Below are positions 52,727 through 64,000 of a stretch of 64,000 bases of DNA, piece by piece. The stretch covers positions 66,216,001-66,280,000 of the forward strand of contig OX597824.1 of NCBI GenBank assembly GCA_951406725.2, read 5' to 3'. The notes below the pieces were generated by a model that was not told the origin of the DNA, did not search any database, and saw only the letters and a list, made by a program, of their open reading frames with translations. Position 1 is the first letter of the stretch. The number at the start of each line of letters is the position of its first letter. Made by a program: the position numbers and the translations under genes. The DNA is from Octopus vulgaris (taxonomy: Eukaryota).

Positions 52727-53533
52727 TATGGTCATCCCATAAATACTGCAATTTTTCATCTTTTTTTCAAAATTGAGAAAACCAAAGTTCTTTTTCAATC
52801 TAAAATATACTCTCCTTCATTTTCTACAATGCTCTTCCATCTATCTGGTAGATTTGCAAGGCCCCTCCCTCTCTTCCAAAATTCACTTGTCCTCGACAAA
52901 AATTACTCCTCCAGTACTGTTTTGACCTCATCTACAGAATTCATATATTTTCTGTCCAAATGATTTTGAAGACTGTAGAATAAATGTCTGGCGAATATGG
53001 TGGGTGGGACATTGTTTCCCGTTCAAACTGCTCCAGCCTCTGGAATGTCATCCTTGCTATATGTGGCTGAGCATTATCCTGATGGAAGAACACCTTTTGT
53101 CTTGAAACCAAAGATGGTCATTTTTCTTCTAGCGCTAACTCAAGCTGCTTGCAGTAGATCTCCTTTGTTATTGTTTGGTTTAGGTTTAAAAGTTCAAAGT
53201 GGATTAAACCTTTCATATCCCACCAAACAAGGGTGAAGACCTTTAACGTGGGATGCCAGTTTTTCTCCTTTCCCTGCCCACTGTCTTCGGCACTTGACAT
53301 GTTTATAGAGAACCCATTTTGCCGTCACTAGTCACTATTCAGTCCTAAAAAAAGGCTCATTAGTGAGAAGTGACAACAAAGAAAAGCACACATACATTCT
53401 CTGCAAGCAATTAGACTTCGAAAGCTTGAGGAACCCATTGACCCAATTTGCTGACTTTTCCAATGGCATGCAGGTGTCGATGAATTGTTGAATGACCAAA
53501 TCCAAGCTTCTCTGCAAGTTCCTGAACTGTTAC
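52727..53533 (-). mobile_element. 3' two-thirds of a mariner DD34D element, same family as 13376-14638
   Basis: TIR ggtcatcccataaatactgca; LVWWDMKGLIHFELLNLNQTITKEIYCKQLE is nearly identical to the 14103 ORF. Confidence 0.9.
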
Positions 53534-54217
53534 GAGGAAATTTTGTTTTGGAATCTCCTGCAATTCTCCTGGATAGCCTTGTTGTTTAAGTTGGTGAATG
53601 CCACCATAATCCTTGCCTTCAGTTCATCTTTCAATACAAGGAGTTTTGTCGGTCTCTCAACTGCACCACACACATAATAATCAAGGGAGTTACAGTCAGG
53701 GGAGTTAGGTGGCCAGATGTTAGGGGTGATGTGGTCACAGATATTGTCTGAGAGCCATGACTGGATCATCCTGCTTGAGTGGCATGGTGCACAGTCCTGT
53801 TGCCAAACATAGGGTCTTCTAGTAGCCACCCTCTTGACCCACAGCAGCACTACCTCCTCCAGGCACTTGATGTAGGCCTCCATGTTGAGTCTGAGACTGT
53901 GTGGGAATATGAATGGGGATGTTATGTCACCATTACATGATATTGACTGGATGTTTGATTTTTATCACTCTCGGTGCACTGTCTTCAGATTGACACCCAA
54001 ACACTCTGAAATGCTTGTATTTCAGCTTCTGGCATGAATACCAAGCAGTACAGCGTGCCGTTTCCAAATTTCTGGCAGAGTGAATTGTGTCATGGTGCTG
54101 TTTTTCTCACAGACAGTGACCCTGCTATATGGCGTGGTTGACAAAATCAAAAACAAACAATGCGCATGCGTGAAATTAAAAATATATAATGGTGTCAATT
54201 TACTCATTGCATCCTCT
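53534..54217 (-). mobile_element. DD37D (maT-type) transposon remnant
   Basis: YVWQQDCAPCHSSRMIQSWLSDNICDHITPNIWPPNSPDCNSLDYY has 37 residues between the catalytic Asps. The 5' end is near 54217. Confidence 0.85.
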
Positions 54218-56239
54218 GTGTGTGTGTGTGTGTGTGAGAGTGAGAGAGTGTATGTATGTATGTATGTATGTATGTATGTATGTATATATATATATATATA
54301 TAGATAGATAGATATATATATAAAATTATCATCATCATATATCATCATTCACATAACATTTATATATACTTTTTGTGAATGACATTTTGAAAACAAAAGC
54401 GTTTAATATTTAACTTCCTATATATGTGTTTGCGTGAGAGAAACTAATAAAGTAAATACAATTTACAACAAAAATTTGCAGTTTTATTTTGATTGGAATA
54501 TCAACGGTCTTTGGAGCAAAACTTTCTTTCCCCCTAGTGTGACAGACAGGTTACTCTGCATTTTATTATATATATGTGTGTGTGTGTGTTGATATTTAGA
54601 TATGGAAAATATATTGTTACTAGAGCAGAAAGGCTATAAAGAAAGATGACCAATTACTAATAAATTAATATTACATGACTGCAGAAAATGAATTATATAT
54701 ATATCATAACACTATTGATCAATCATAAAAATAGCTATGTCAATATTCCCTTGATAGTGGAATGCAACAAGAAATGAAGGAATATAGGAGAATTGAATGT
54801 AAAGATTTTGGGTAAGTGAGGACAAAATTACGCTATTCTGATAAAGAGGAAGTATGAAGATCAATAAGGTAGTGAATGCTTAGTGATAGCACCCCCCCCA
54901 TTGCCTTTTTTGGTGATATGCATACCAGCTTTAACACTACTGTAGAGGATGGGCAAGGGATGAGTATATTAAAGATAGGCAGTATAATGTGAATCACATA
55001 TTTATAGACAACTTGAAACTGTATGTAAAGAATGAAGATAAAATAGACTCTTTGGTAATAAACAGTAGATAGATCTAATAAAGATACTGTGAATAGAATT
55101 TGGGATTAAAATGTACAGGAGAAGAAGAAAGACAAGCAGAAAAGATAATTGGATACAATTACTAGATAAGGAAGTCGTAAAACATGTAGAGAAAGTGATA
55201 AATAAAGCCAAACAAAAAGAACTTTTAAAAAGTTATGTACCTCAGAAGGTTAAAATTAGGATGGAAATGGAGGGGGGGGGGGCATAGCCAATAATACATG
55301 GGCCAACATTTTTACTTTTTTTTATATATAATAATAATCCTTTCTACTAAAGGCACAAAGCCAGAAATTGGGGGGGGGGGGGACTAGTCGATTAATAATA
55401 ATAAATAATACACTCATTGTAAAAAGTGTAGCATGTTATAGAACTGCTGTTGAAAGAGATTAGAATGCATGGCTCAATGAAAATTTAAGGGATACTTTGA
55501 ATGTAAAGAAAATATATTGATAGTTATTTCAAAGATATTAAGGATTATTTGCATATTTATTCTTAATACACCCAGGCAGGTTCAGATGCAAAATATGCTG
55601 GCTGCTGTAAGGTACACCATAGGAGAATAACTTCTCCATTTTACGATGACTGGATGTTCAACTCACTTGGCACATTAGCACACATGACTCTGGGACATCA
55701 GTGTTTTGATGTGATGTCTCTCATAAACCAGAAGCACCTGGACCTTTGAACCAAAACAAAAACATTGGTTTTGTTTATACTTTCAGTGAACAAATTGTTT
55801 GCTGATTAGTACTTGTATCTGTCAACTGATAAAAAAAAAATTGTTATTTGCCCTCTGTACACAGCAAGATCAGAAATGATTATTTGTATATTTAATGATT
55901 TTTTATTGGTACTGTTTTAAATTTAGCCAAATTAATGCTAATTAAATAGGCCCATGATGGAAGACATTCCAGTGATGATCATGTTTTTTGTTTGCTTGGA
56001 ACACACTATTCAACATGTCCTTTTCTAAGATGGAGAGGTGTGCTTGGAGAGAGAAATTTGGTTGCTATTTCTAGCAGGTTGAACGACCACTTACTGTATA
56101 AGTACTGTATAAGACTGAAAAGTATGTCAGTTGACATATACTCATCACTATTATTGACTATGACTAGTGCAAGACAAACAGGTTTGTGAATGGGTAGAGT
56201 AAATATATATAAGTTCCCTCTCCCATAGGCTTGTTTTAG

Positions 56240-56530
56240 AGACATGGAAAGGTGTGGCATATGGATATGGATAAATAATTGTCAAGGAAAATATTCAGAC
56301 TTAAAACCCAAGACTAAAACACTGATCATTACGAGACCAGAACAAGCTCTGAGAACAAACTATATGAAATCTCATATCAATAAAAAGAAAAACAATAACA
56401 AAAAAAAAAAACCTCACCAATGTTGAATGTGTCTAACAAAGAATGGTGGAAATATAGCACATTTGATAAAGTGAATGCAGTAAATTATCAAAGAAAGAAT
56501 ACAAGAGAAAGTATGATGTTGTATACAATA
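56240..56530 (+). mobile_element. R4/Dong-like LINE fragment
   Basis: SDLKPKTKTLII..EQALRTNYMKSHI followed by C*MC...IAHLI.ECSKLSKKEYKRKYD (zinc knuckle / RHD region). Confidence 0.75.
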
Positions 56531-57182
56531 CACTCTATGACACCCATTTTATTTCAAATGTTGTAAATTAACTGTGAAGTAAACTGGGGTAAGGATCATC
56601 TTTGCAGACAAGAAAAAGGGAGCTACCAGGGCACTATAACCAACTCTGACCTGCTCACCTTTCTATAGTGTGTTCGCAGTCATGCCTGCCAAGCCTGAAT
56701 TGGACTTAGTAAATCAGGCATTAGTAAAGCTGCAATAGTAAATCTTCACACACAAAGCCAAACCAAGAAACTGGAGTAAGCAGCATCATATTGCAACAGA
56801 AGAAGAGCATAACTATGGTTGGGTTAAAGTAGCAGCTGAGCCATGTTGGTATGATGAGCACAATCATGTCAACATGGTGGTAGTAGTACCATGTTGGAGC
56901 TTATATACAGATGTAGTAAAGTTATTTCAATAGCCATGTTGAAGTAACTGCACTATATACATTATATATATATATATATACATATATATATAATGTTAGT
57001 AGTTAGAGTAAAATCCCAGCTGTTTTCTCTGAAAGCATACTTGCTTATTCCATTATTACAAATCAGCATGTAGCTGCTATCATTGTTGTTGTATTGATAA
57101 CATGTAAAATTCTGTAATTTTTCTTAGCAAATGCAATGTGTAATGGCAAACAAATAATATCCCCAAATTTTCCAACTTCTTG

Positions 57183-57241
<59 letters not shown>

Positions 57242-58135
57242 CTTTTACCTCAGTGGAAGAGGTAAATTTCTGGAAGCAAAAGGTTAATAGTCAATTGGAT
57301 TTTCCCCAGTATAACAGAGCTGTCTGTCTGCCTCACTTTCTGAAAAATATTGACTGTGTTCAGTCCTGGAGGGAGATGAATTCTGTCAGGTTTAAAATGC
57401 CCGAGACATGTTATGACAGCACATTTACAGCTCTATTATGAGTTGAGGACCCAAGGAAGGGATTATAAGAAGAGATGGCCTCTACAGAACACTTGGGTTG
57501 ACCTCAGTATAATTGTGTTGAACCCAGTATAATGACTGGGTTGACACCAGTATAATGGTTGTAGCTTGCTTTCTTGATTCTGAGAGAGGAAAAAAGGATA
57601 AATATTTTGCACTAACCAATCTGGTCAACCCTTCCTCTTCAAAATGCCAACCTACCTGATTTTTCCCTCTCTTCCACCAACATTAACTCACAGATATTTA
57701 AGCTGAACAGAAACTAGGTTGATTATAGCAAGCCCACATGGCATGTGAAAGTCATTAGCACAAATAGTGTTACCTCCTGACTAAACTGAAATTCATTTTT
57801 TTTTTTTTTTGAAATTTAAGTTATGTAATAGTCAACTGTTTGACATTTGGTAATCAGAGATATCCATCAAAGATGTCAGAAATATTCAACCAATTGATGT
57901 CAGGGTTGAAGGTGGGGAAGAGAACTGCAATGTTCACACCTTTCTCAAGGTCATTATTAACACCTTAAGTGAAGAGAAACACCTACAACTGAGATTCAGC
58001 TGTCAGTCTGTCTGTATGCATGCATGCATATTATGCACAAAAATAAAAATAAAAAATTGCAGAAGTTGACTGTTGGAGGAGATTGAACTCAGGAAGATGA
58101 AGTAATATATCCATTTTCTCTCTTTCATATGTTAC

Positions 58136-58240
58136 CTTTCAACAACAAGAACCTAGTTCTAATGACCCTTGTTAATGCATCTATTTTGAAACAATTTCTG
58201 GCAACAGTTAAGACTTCTCTGTACATACTAATAACTTTCA
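58136..58240 (-). CDS. Candidate symmetric (phase 1-1) cassette exon, (V)KVISMYREVLTVARNCFKIDALTRVIRTRFLLLK
   Basis: Acceptor ttttgtaaatttccag|TG, donor AAG|gtaaca, 105 nt, open in the frame needed between the two strong exons. No homology recognised; could be chance. Confidence 0.25.
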
Positions 58241-60129
58241 CTGGAAATTTACAAAAATACCCTTTCTTCATCCACACAAACAAACACCCCCACACATTCA
58301 GATACTTATACATCATACATACACATGAATATATGTACAAAACATACCATACACACAGCAACCTAAAAATATATACCAGAACAAACACACACACACACAC
58401 CTGGACACAACCACATATACATTTTTAAACACACACACATGTACGCACACTCATCCATAACATGAATGGATACTGGTGGAATGTTCCTGCAAAATGTAGG
58501 TATAAAATGTAAACATAAAAATCCAGTTGTAGAAATCAGTTGTCCAGCATATAAGTAACTTAATTGTGAAAGGCAAAAAGAAAACCAAATATATTTGCTG
58601 AACTAATGAGAAATCAGCACATACAACTATAACTAGAGTTATACTTGAGATTATTAGGGGACTTAGTTATGTCACTAACTGCATCAACACCAATCTTGTT
58701 GAGTTGAGCTTCGCAAACCATGAAGGACATGGCTATTTAGGGAATTATGTAAAATATTCCAGAAGTGTAGCCTATAATAAAAGGATGCACATACATACAG
58801 ACATAAAAACATATGTACACATATATAAACCAAAACATGGACTTACATATGCTGTAATATACATGCATACATTGCATAAACATTTGCATAAACATTTGCA
58901 AATACATACATACATACACGACTACCTAGTCGATATCTACATGGCAATTAAAGGAAATTGAGAAATTTAAAAAATAAATCCTAGAGATTGTATGAATATA
59001 CATATACACATACATACACAAGTAAATAAATACATATAAACATGCTCTCTCTTTCTCTCTCACATACATGCACACAAATCAAATACTTCATGCTCACAAG
59101 CAACTGAATACTGAAACAAACCCCTTTGCTCCACCCCCACCTACCCCACACACATGCACACAATTCTCTAAGATAGCATATCTCATACAAGTCTGAACAC
59201 ACACACCTCTAAGATAGCATACCTTGGACAAGTCTGCAATACTACAAATTTCCAACTTGGCTTCCTTATAGCTATTTCTTGGATTAGTTTGAACTTTTCA
59301 TAGCATTACTTTTAACCATGTTTTCATTCCCTTCTTTCCCTTCCAACACAATACTCTGGACACTATCTACCATTAAAGACAGTTGTTTACTCACTTCTCA
59401 CCTTACAATTATCTATTTACCATTTCATCATGCTAGACATGGGATTTATCAAACCATTAGCCAAGAACAGAACCAATCTCACATTTCAGATAACTCTTCG
59501 AGACTCTGTAACCCAATATAATGTACTTGGTGTATATGGATGCATTTGATTATTGTTTGTTGGTGAGATTCTGCTGGAAAGGAGTAGGACTACACACTTA
59601 AAGCTTAAGGGTTGCCTCTTGCTCCTCAGAATTGCTGACACAACAGGCAAGTGGACACTATAATAATGCAATTGTCACCATGGTGTAGTGACAATAATGG
59701 TATGTGTGTGAAAATAATTATAGAGTATGTTGAGAGCTACTGTCACTGGAACTGTGATTACACCAATGTCATGACACTACATTTTCCCTGCCCCACTTAA
59801 CAATAGAGTAGTTGTTGTTTAGCCCAAGGTCAGCACTGACAGAGTAGATTCAAAGGTATTCCAGCCACGATTAACCCGTTTCATTTTTTTAGTTTAGTTA
59901 AGCCATGTCCTTTTTTTTTTTTTTTGAAGATGGTTGTGATTTCAAGGAAATTTGCTTGCTATTTCTAGTATAGATCAATCAATCTAATGGAGGATCCTTC
60001 ATTAGTTGTGATAGCTAATGTGAATGGTGCAAAGTATTAATCAGCTCCTGCTGTATTACTATATTGGTAATGACAAAAGGCACCATTCAAGTGTTGGGCC
60101 TCACTGAGGTAATGACAAATGACTGAGAC

Positions 60130-60555
60130 TTGAGAAGACCCATCGTGCATCCATGGATTAGAGGTTGTATTGCATTGGTGGCTGACTCGTAGCTGATCTG
60201 GCACTTAACCTTCTTTTGATTGCTATCAAGGACATTTGCCTATGTGTAGTAACAGTACCATTCCAGATATAGGAGTGGTACTCCAATATGGATCTTACCT
60301 AAGCTTTGTAAAACCAGCAGCACATCAATGCTGAAAGAATTATTTGATCCTGAAGAAGAGGTTCATCTTTGGGATACAGTTTCTATAGCTATAAATATGA
60401 GTTTATATTCATAACAGAAGAAAGTCATCTACAGTACATGATAACACCAAGTCCTCTCTGTAAGGCTCAACGTCCTGCATAGCTCTTTAATTAGCAGTGC
60501 TCTTGCTGATTGTTAACATCTTATATCCGTTTCTAACACATATTTTCAACCCAGC
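60130..60555 (-). mobile_element. CR1-group LINE RT C-terminal fragment
   Basis: Minus strand FYKA*VRSILEYHSYIWNG...LDSNQKK. Probable degraded CR1 3' ends also at ~17250-17465 and ~18560-18790. Confidence 0.65.
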
Positions 60556-62144
60556 TTGCATTACTTAACTGCATCACACAGCCACACCAAATACAGTTGT
60601 CCTATCATTTATACAGACCACAACTTCTTGTATTCTGAGAGGGAACAATTAAAGTGTAACTTTTATAAAAAGTCACTCTGTACCTTAAAAAATAACCTTT
60701 TGGGATTTATTCTTTTCCCTCTATTTCATGTATTTTGTTTCTTGTAGTAAATATCACAAGTACTACTTAAAATATAACATTTATAAGATATAAATATTGT
60801 ATTGCTTTTATTATCCCAAATATAATAGCAGAATTGGTAGAGAGTCAGACAAAATACTATGCTTGGTTACATGTTCCTTTGCATTCTGAGTTTAAATCCA
60901 CCCCAGGATCACTTTAGATTTTAACCTTCCAGAGGATGATAAAATGAGGGTTGAAGTCCTCCACTCCTGACAGAATTTTTGAGGTAATGTCCATGACATA
61001 GAGTACATATTAAGCATTCCATCCCTGTCCAGGGTCTGAACACAGTTGATTTTTCTCACATATACAAATTGAGAGAGGTCGAAGAGGGTGGGGCAGTACT
61101 TGACTGATTATTTCTGTCTCTTTCCACCACACACAAGGATGAAAGGTAAAGTTGACCTCAGCAAGATTTGAACTCAAACAACAATGAGCCAAAACAAATA
61201 CAAAGCATTCTATCCAATGTTCTAACAACTCTGCCAATTGACTGCTAACAAAAATTATTACTGGATATTGATGTAATCAACTATACCCTAAAATAGAGAT
61301 TCTAGCATGGTCACAGTCAAATTACTAAATCCAATAATAAAGTTAAAAGGATAATTTTTTTTTATATACATCAAAGTAAGTAGTAGTTGGTTCCTCTTCC
61401 TTTTAACCTTTTCACTTATGAAGTATAGTGACTAGAGGAGAAGAGTTAAGGTGCTGAATTGCTGACTACATGATTATCAGTTCAAATCTCACCATAGCCA
61501 ATATATTATACCATTTATCAAATGATATAATTCTGCTTACTTCAGCTGAACTTTCAATACATTCCAATGCTTAGAATTAGGAAGAGTACCTTGCTCCAAC
61601 AATGTACAAACATTCCCAGTTTCATAAAGTCATTCCTCTCATGCTCGTATCTTAAACTATATTTATTTGAAGGCTTAGTGAGAAGAGGAAGGGAAATGTT
61701 CATAATTCTTTGGTTTTTCTTCCTTTGGAGGGCCACTGAGACAGCAAGGAGAAAGTTATCCTCAAACTGGAGACCTAGTCTATACGCTTGCAACAAACAG
61801 AAATGTCAAAAGTAACCAGGGGCAGCTGGTAATGTGGTACCCCCCACCACCACCACCAAAGAAAAAAAACCATATTTCCATAGAACAGTCATTAACACCT
61901 ACTCCTACTTACATGGAGGTACTGGTTTCAATTATTGTGGAAATATCTGCTACAAATTTACAAATTCTTATAGCTGAGTGGGTAAGTCCAGGGACTGGAA
62001 GTCCTTTGTGGTAGCATTACATAGGTTCTAATCCTATCATTTTAAATGCTGGTGCTCCAACATGTCTACAGCCTTTGGTATGGAACAGAGTAAATAAAGC
62101 ACACACACACACACAAAATAATGTAAATGTAAAGAGGAACTTGC

Positions 62145-62301
62145 CAACATCAGATGAAACAGGATGCTTCCGTGTACCATTATCTTCATGGTCAACAGGT
62201 TGACTAGTTAATGACAGCATTATCACTTGGGCTACCACCGTCGACTGTTCTTTTAGATCACTGTAAAGGTTTAATTCTTTATCAACAGCTCGCTGCAGCA
62301 C
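62145..62301 (-). CDS. Internal coding exon of an unidentified minus-strand gene (VLQRAVDKELNLYSDLKEQSTVVAQVIMLSLTSQPVDHEDNGTRKHPVSSDV)
   Basis: Acceptor tctttctattttgtag|GTG at 62301. Only the phase-0 frame is open and the sequence is non-repetitive. The best donor is TTG|gcaagt (GC-AG type, phase 1); a weaker ATG|gtacac at 62178 is also phase 1. Both match the phase of the 41015 exon. Confidence 0.72.
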
Positions 62302-62899
62302 CTACAAAATAGAAAGATGATATTGGTAACAGCCAGTTGACATTTGTTGAAATGACATTTAAGAAATTCATAGAACTAGTTTTCTAAACTGACAAAGGGT
62401 ATCGTTGATAAGTTTAACCATTAAAAACTCTTGATATTGGCTGTACAGTGTAATGATTGCTATCATTTACAACTATTCTGTAAAAGCTTATCAAAGCATT
62501 AACTCTTTTGTAGTCCACTGTTGTGTAAATCCTGTTGTTGACAACATGTTAACCATTTTCATAGATCACAGCTTGTGGAACTACCGTGTAATGACTACTA
62601 CTACATATAACTAATATCTACTTCTATATTCTAATAACAAAACATTAATATGCTAATACTTTCACAGCTCACATCTGCAGGTAGCAGTATGTATTAATTG
62701 CTACCATATAACCATTAAAACTTTATGCTTTTTCAGGTTGTAAGATACTTGCAATCCTATCTAATAGCCACAACTCCATATGTATAATTATGTAGCTTAC
62801 TGAGCTGTGTTAACCCTTTTCACAAGTCACAGTTGTTGATAACACATTATGCAATACAAACTAGTAACTATAACTATTCTAGTTATAAATAAATAATGG

Positions 62900-63596
62900 T
62901 ATCAAATTTTAACATGAGGCTTGCAATTTCAGAGAGAGGGAGTTAGTCAATTACATTAATTCCAATGTTAACTGGAACTGTATTTTATCAACCACCAAAA
63001 AGATAAAAGACAGTATTATCCTCAGCAGGATTTGAACTCAGTAAGTAAAGAGGCAGAGCAAATGCCACTAGGCATTTTTCGATTCTGCTAGTTCACTTCC
63101 TTCCTTGTCCAATATTTTGAATCTGGATTTGTCCGTTAACAGGGAGTAGCTGGATCTACCTCACTCCTAATCCTTTCTACTATAAGCACAAGGCCTGAAA
63201 TTTGGGGAAGGGGATAGTCAATTACATCAACCCAGTACACAACTGGTATTTATTTTATTGACCTCAAAAAAATGAAAAGTAAAATTGACCTCAGCAGAAT
63301 TTGAACTCAAAACATAAAGATGATTGAAAAGCTGCTAAGCACTTCGCTTAGCGTGGTAATGATTCTGCCAGCCTTTCATAATAATCCTTTCCATTATATG
63401 CACAAAGCCTGAAGTTTGGTGGGCAGGGGCTAGTCAATTACATCAACCCCAACATTCCACTGGTACTTATTTCATCAAACCCGAAAGGATAAAAGGCAAA
63501 GTCAACCACAGTGGAATTTGCATTTGAACTCAAAACGTAGTGACAGACAAAATACTGCTAAGCATTTTGCCTGGCATGCTAATGATTCTGCCAGCT
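62900..63596 (-). mobile_element. Three SINE family A copies, the last two head-to-tail
   Basis: Same diagnostic core as the other copies. Further copies at ~48735-48935, 60825-60990 and 61050-61245. Confidence 0.85.
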
Positions 63597-63966
63597 TATC
63601 ATGTCTTGCAAACAACTTGCACATGCAAATGCTACCAGTTAAAAGCTCCGTATACTGGAAGCTAGCAAGTGTATGGGGTCATCAGGAGAGAATGCGCGCC
63701 GTTTCGGGGCCTACCTCTCGATGGCATCAATGCGCACCGGCCCCCCTCACTGATATGAGGCCCCGCTTGCTAGATCAGCTGGTTATGAAGAACTCAATAT
63801 ACTTCTAGCCATCGCTCATCATCTCTTTTTAGCCAAATCCAGTGGCTAGCCTTCTCCACTGTAGATTGGATATCAGTCATGGTGGTATTGACTTTACGAT
63901 GAGTTAGGCCTAGCGATAACAAAAGTTGTCTCACGCTGTGTCCAATAAACCCTCTACATCCGACTA
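63597..63966 (-). mobile_element. Young HERO-like RLE LINE 3' end (ORF C-terminus plus 3' UTR)
   Basis: Minus strand VGCRGFIGHSVRQLLLSLGLTHRKVNTTMTDIQSTVEKASHWIWLKRDDERW matches the EVGCRGF...S.WLWL.R C-terminal signature. It is CpG-rich and abuts (TAA)n. Confidence 0.8.
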
Positions 63967-64000
63967 TTAATAATAATAATGATGATAATAATAATAATAA

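Noticed and set aside
63675-63712. CTGATGA and CGAAAC words as a hammerhead ribozyme
   Set aside because: The required helix II between CUGAUGA and GAAA cannot be formed in any permutation I could find.

Overview
AT-rich, CpG-depleted, repeat-dense eukaryotic DNA. The repeat landscape (tRNA-derived SINEs with (AAT)n tails, RTE LINEs with (GAT)n tails, mariner relics, abundant microsatellites) most resembles an Octopus/coleoid cephalopod genome; this is inference. Almost all ORFs in the supplied track are microsatellite or transposon artefacts. The window appears to lie largely in the long introns of one minus-strand gene. Two well-supported, phase-compatible exons (62301-62145 and 41015-40840) encode an acidic Ser/Asp/Glu-rich segment of a protein I cannot name, and the first probably uses a GC donor. 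The rest is a fossil record of mobile DNA: DD34D, DD37D and DD41D Tc1/mariner elements, piggyBac- and hAT-type MITEs, RTE, CR1, R4/Dong-like and HERO-like LINE fragments, and several SINE families. The most unusual structures are: (i) a young (GAT)n-tailed insert carrying five near-identical ~306-bp monomers, sitting inside one arm of a fold-back palindrome; (ii) two Penelope-type minimal hammerhead motifs pointing to a CCGANGA core variant, one duplicated as a palindrome; (iii) a templated 93-bp insertion with a 44-bp duplication; (iv) a CpG-retaining island near 3.9-4.95 kb. I found no convincing new multi-gene system. All alignments were done by eye and repeat boundaries are approximate.
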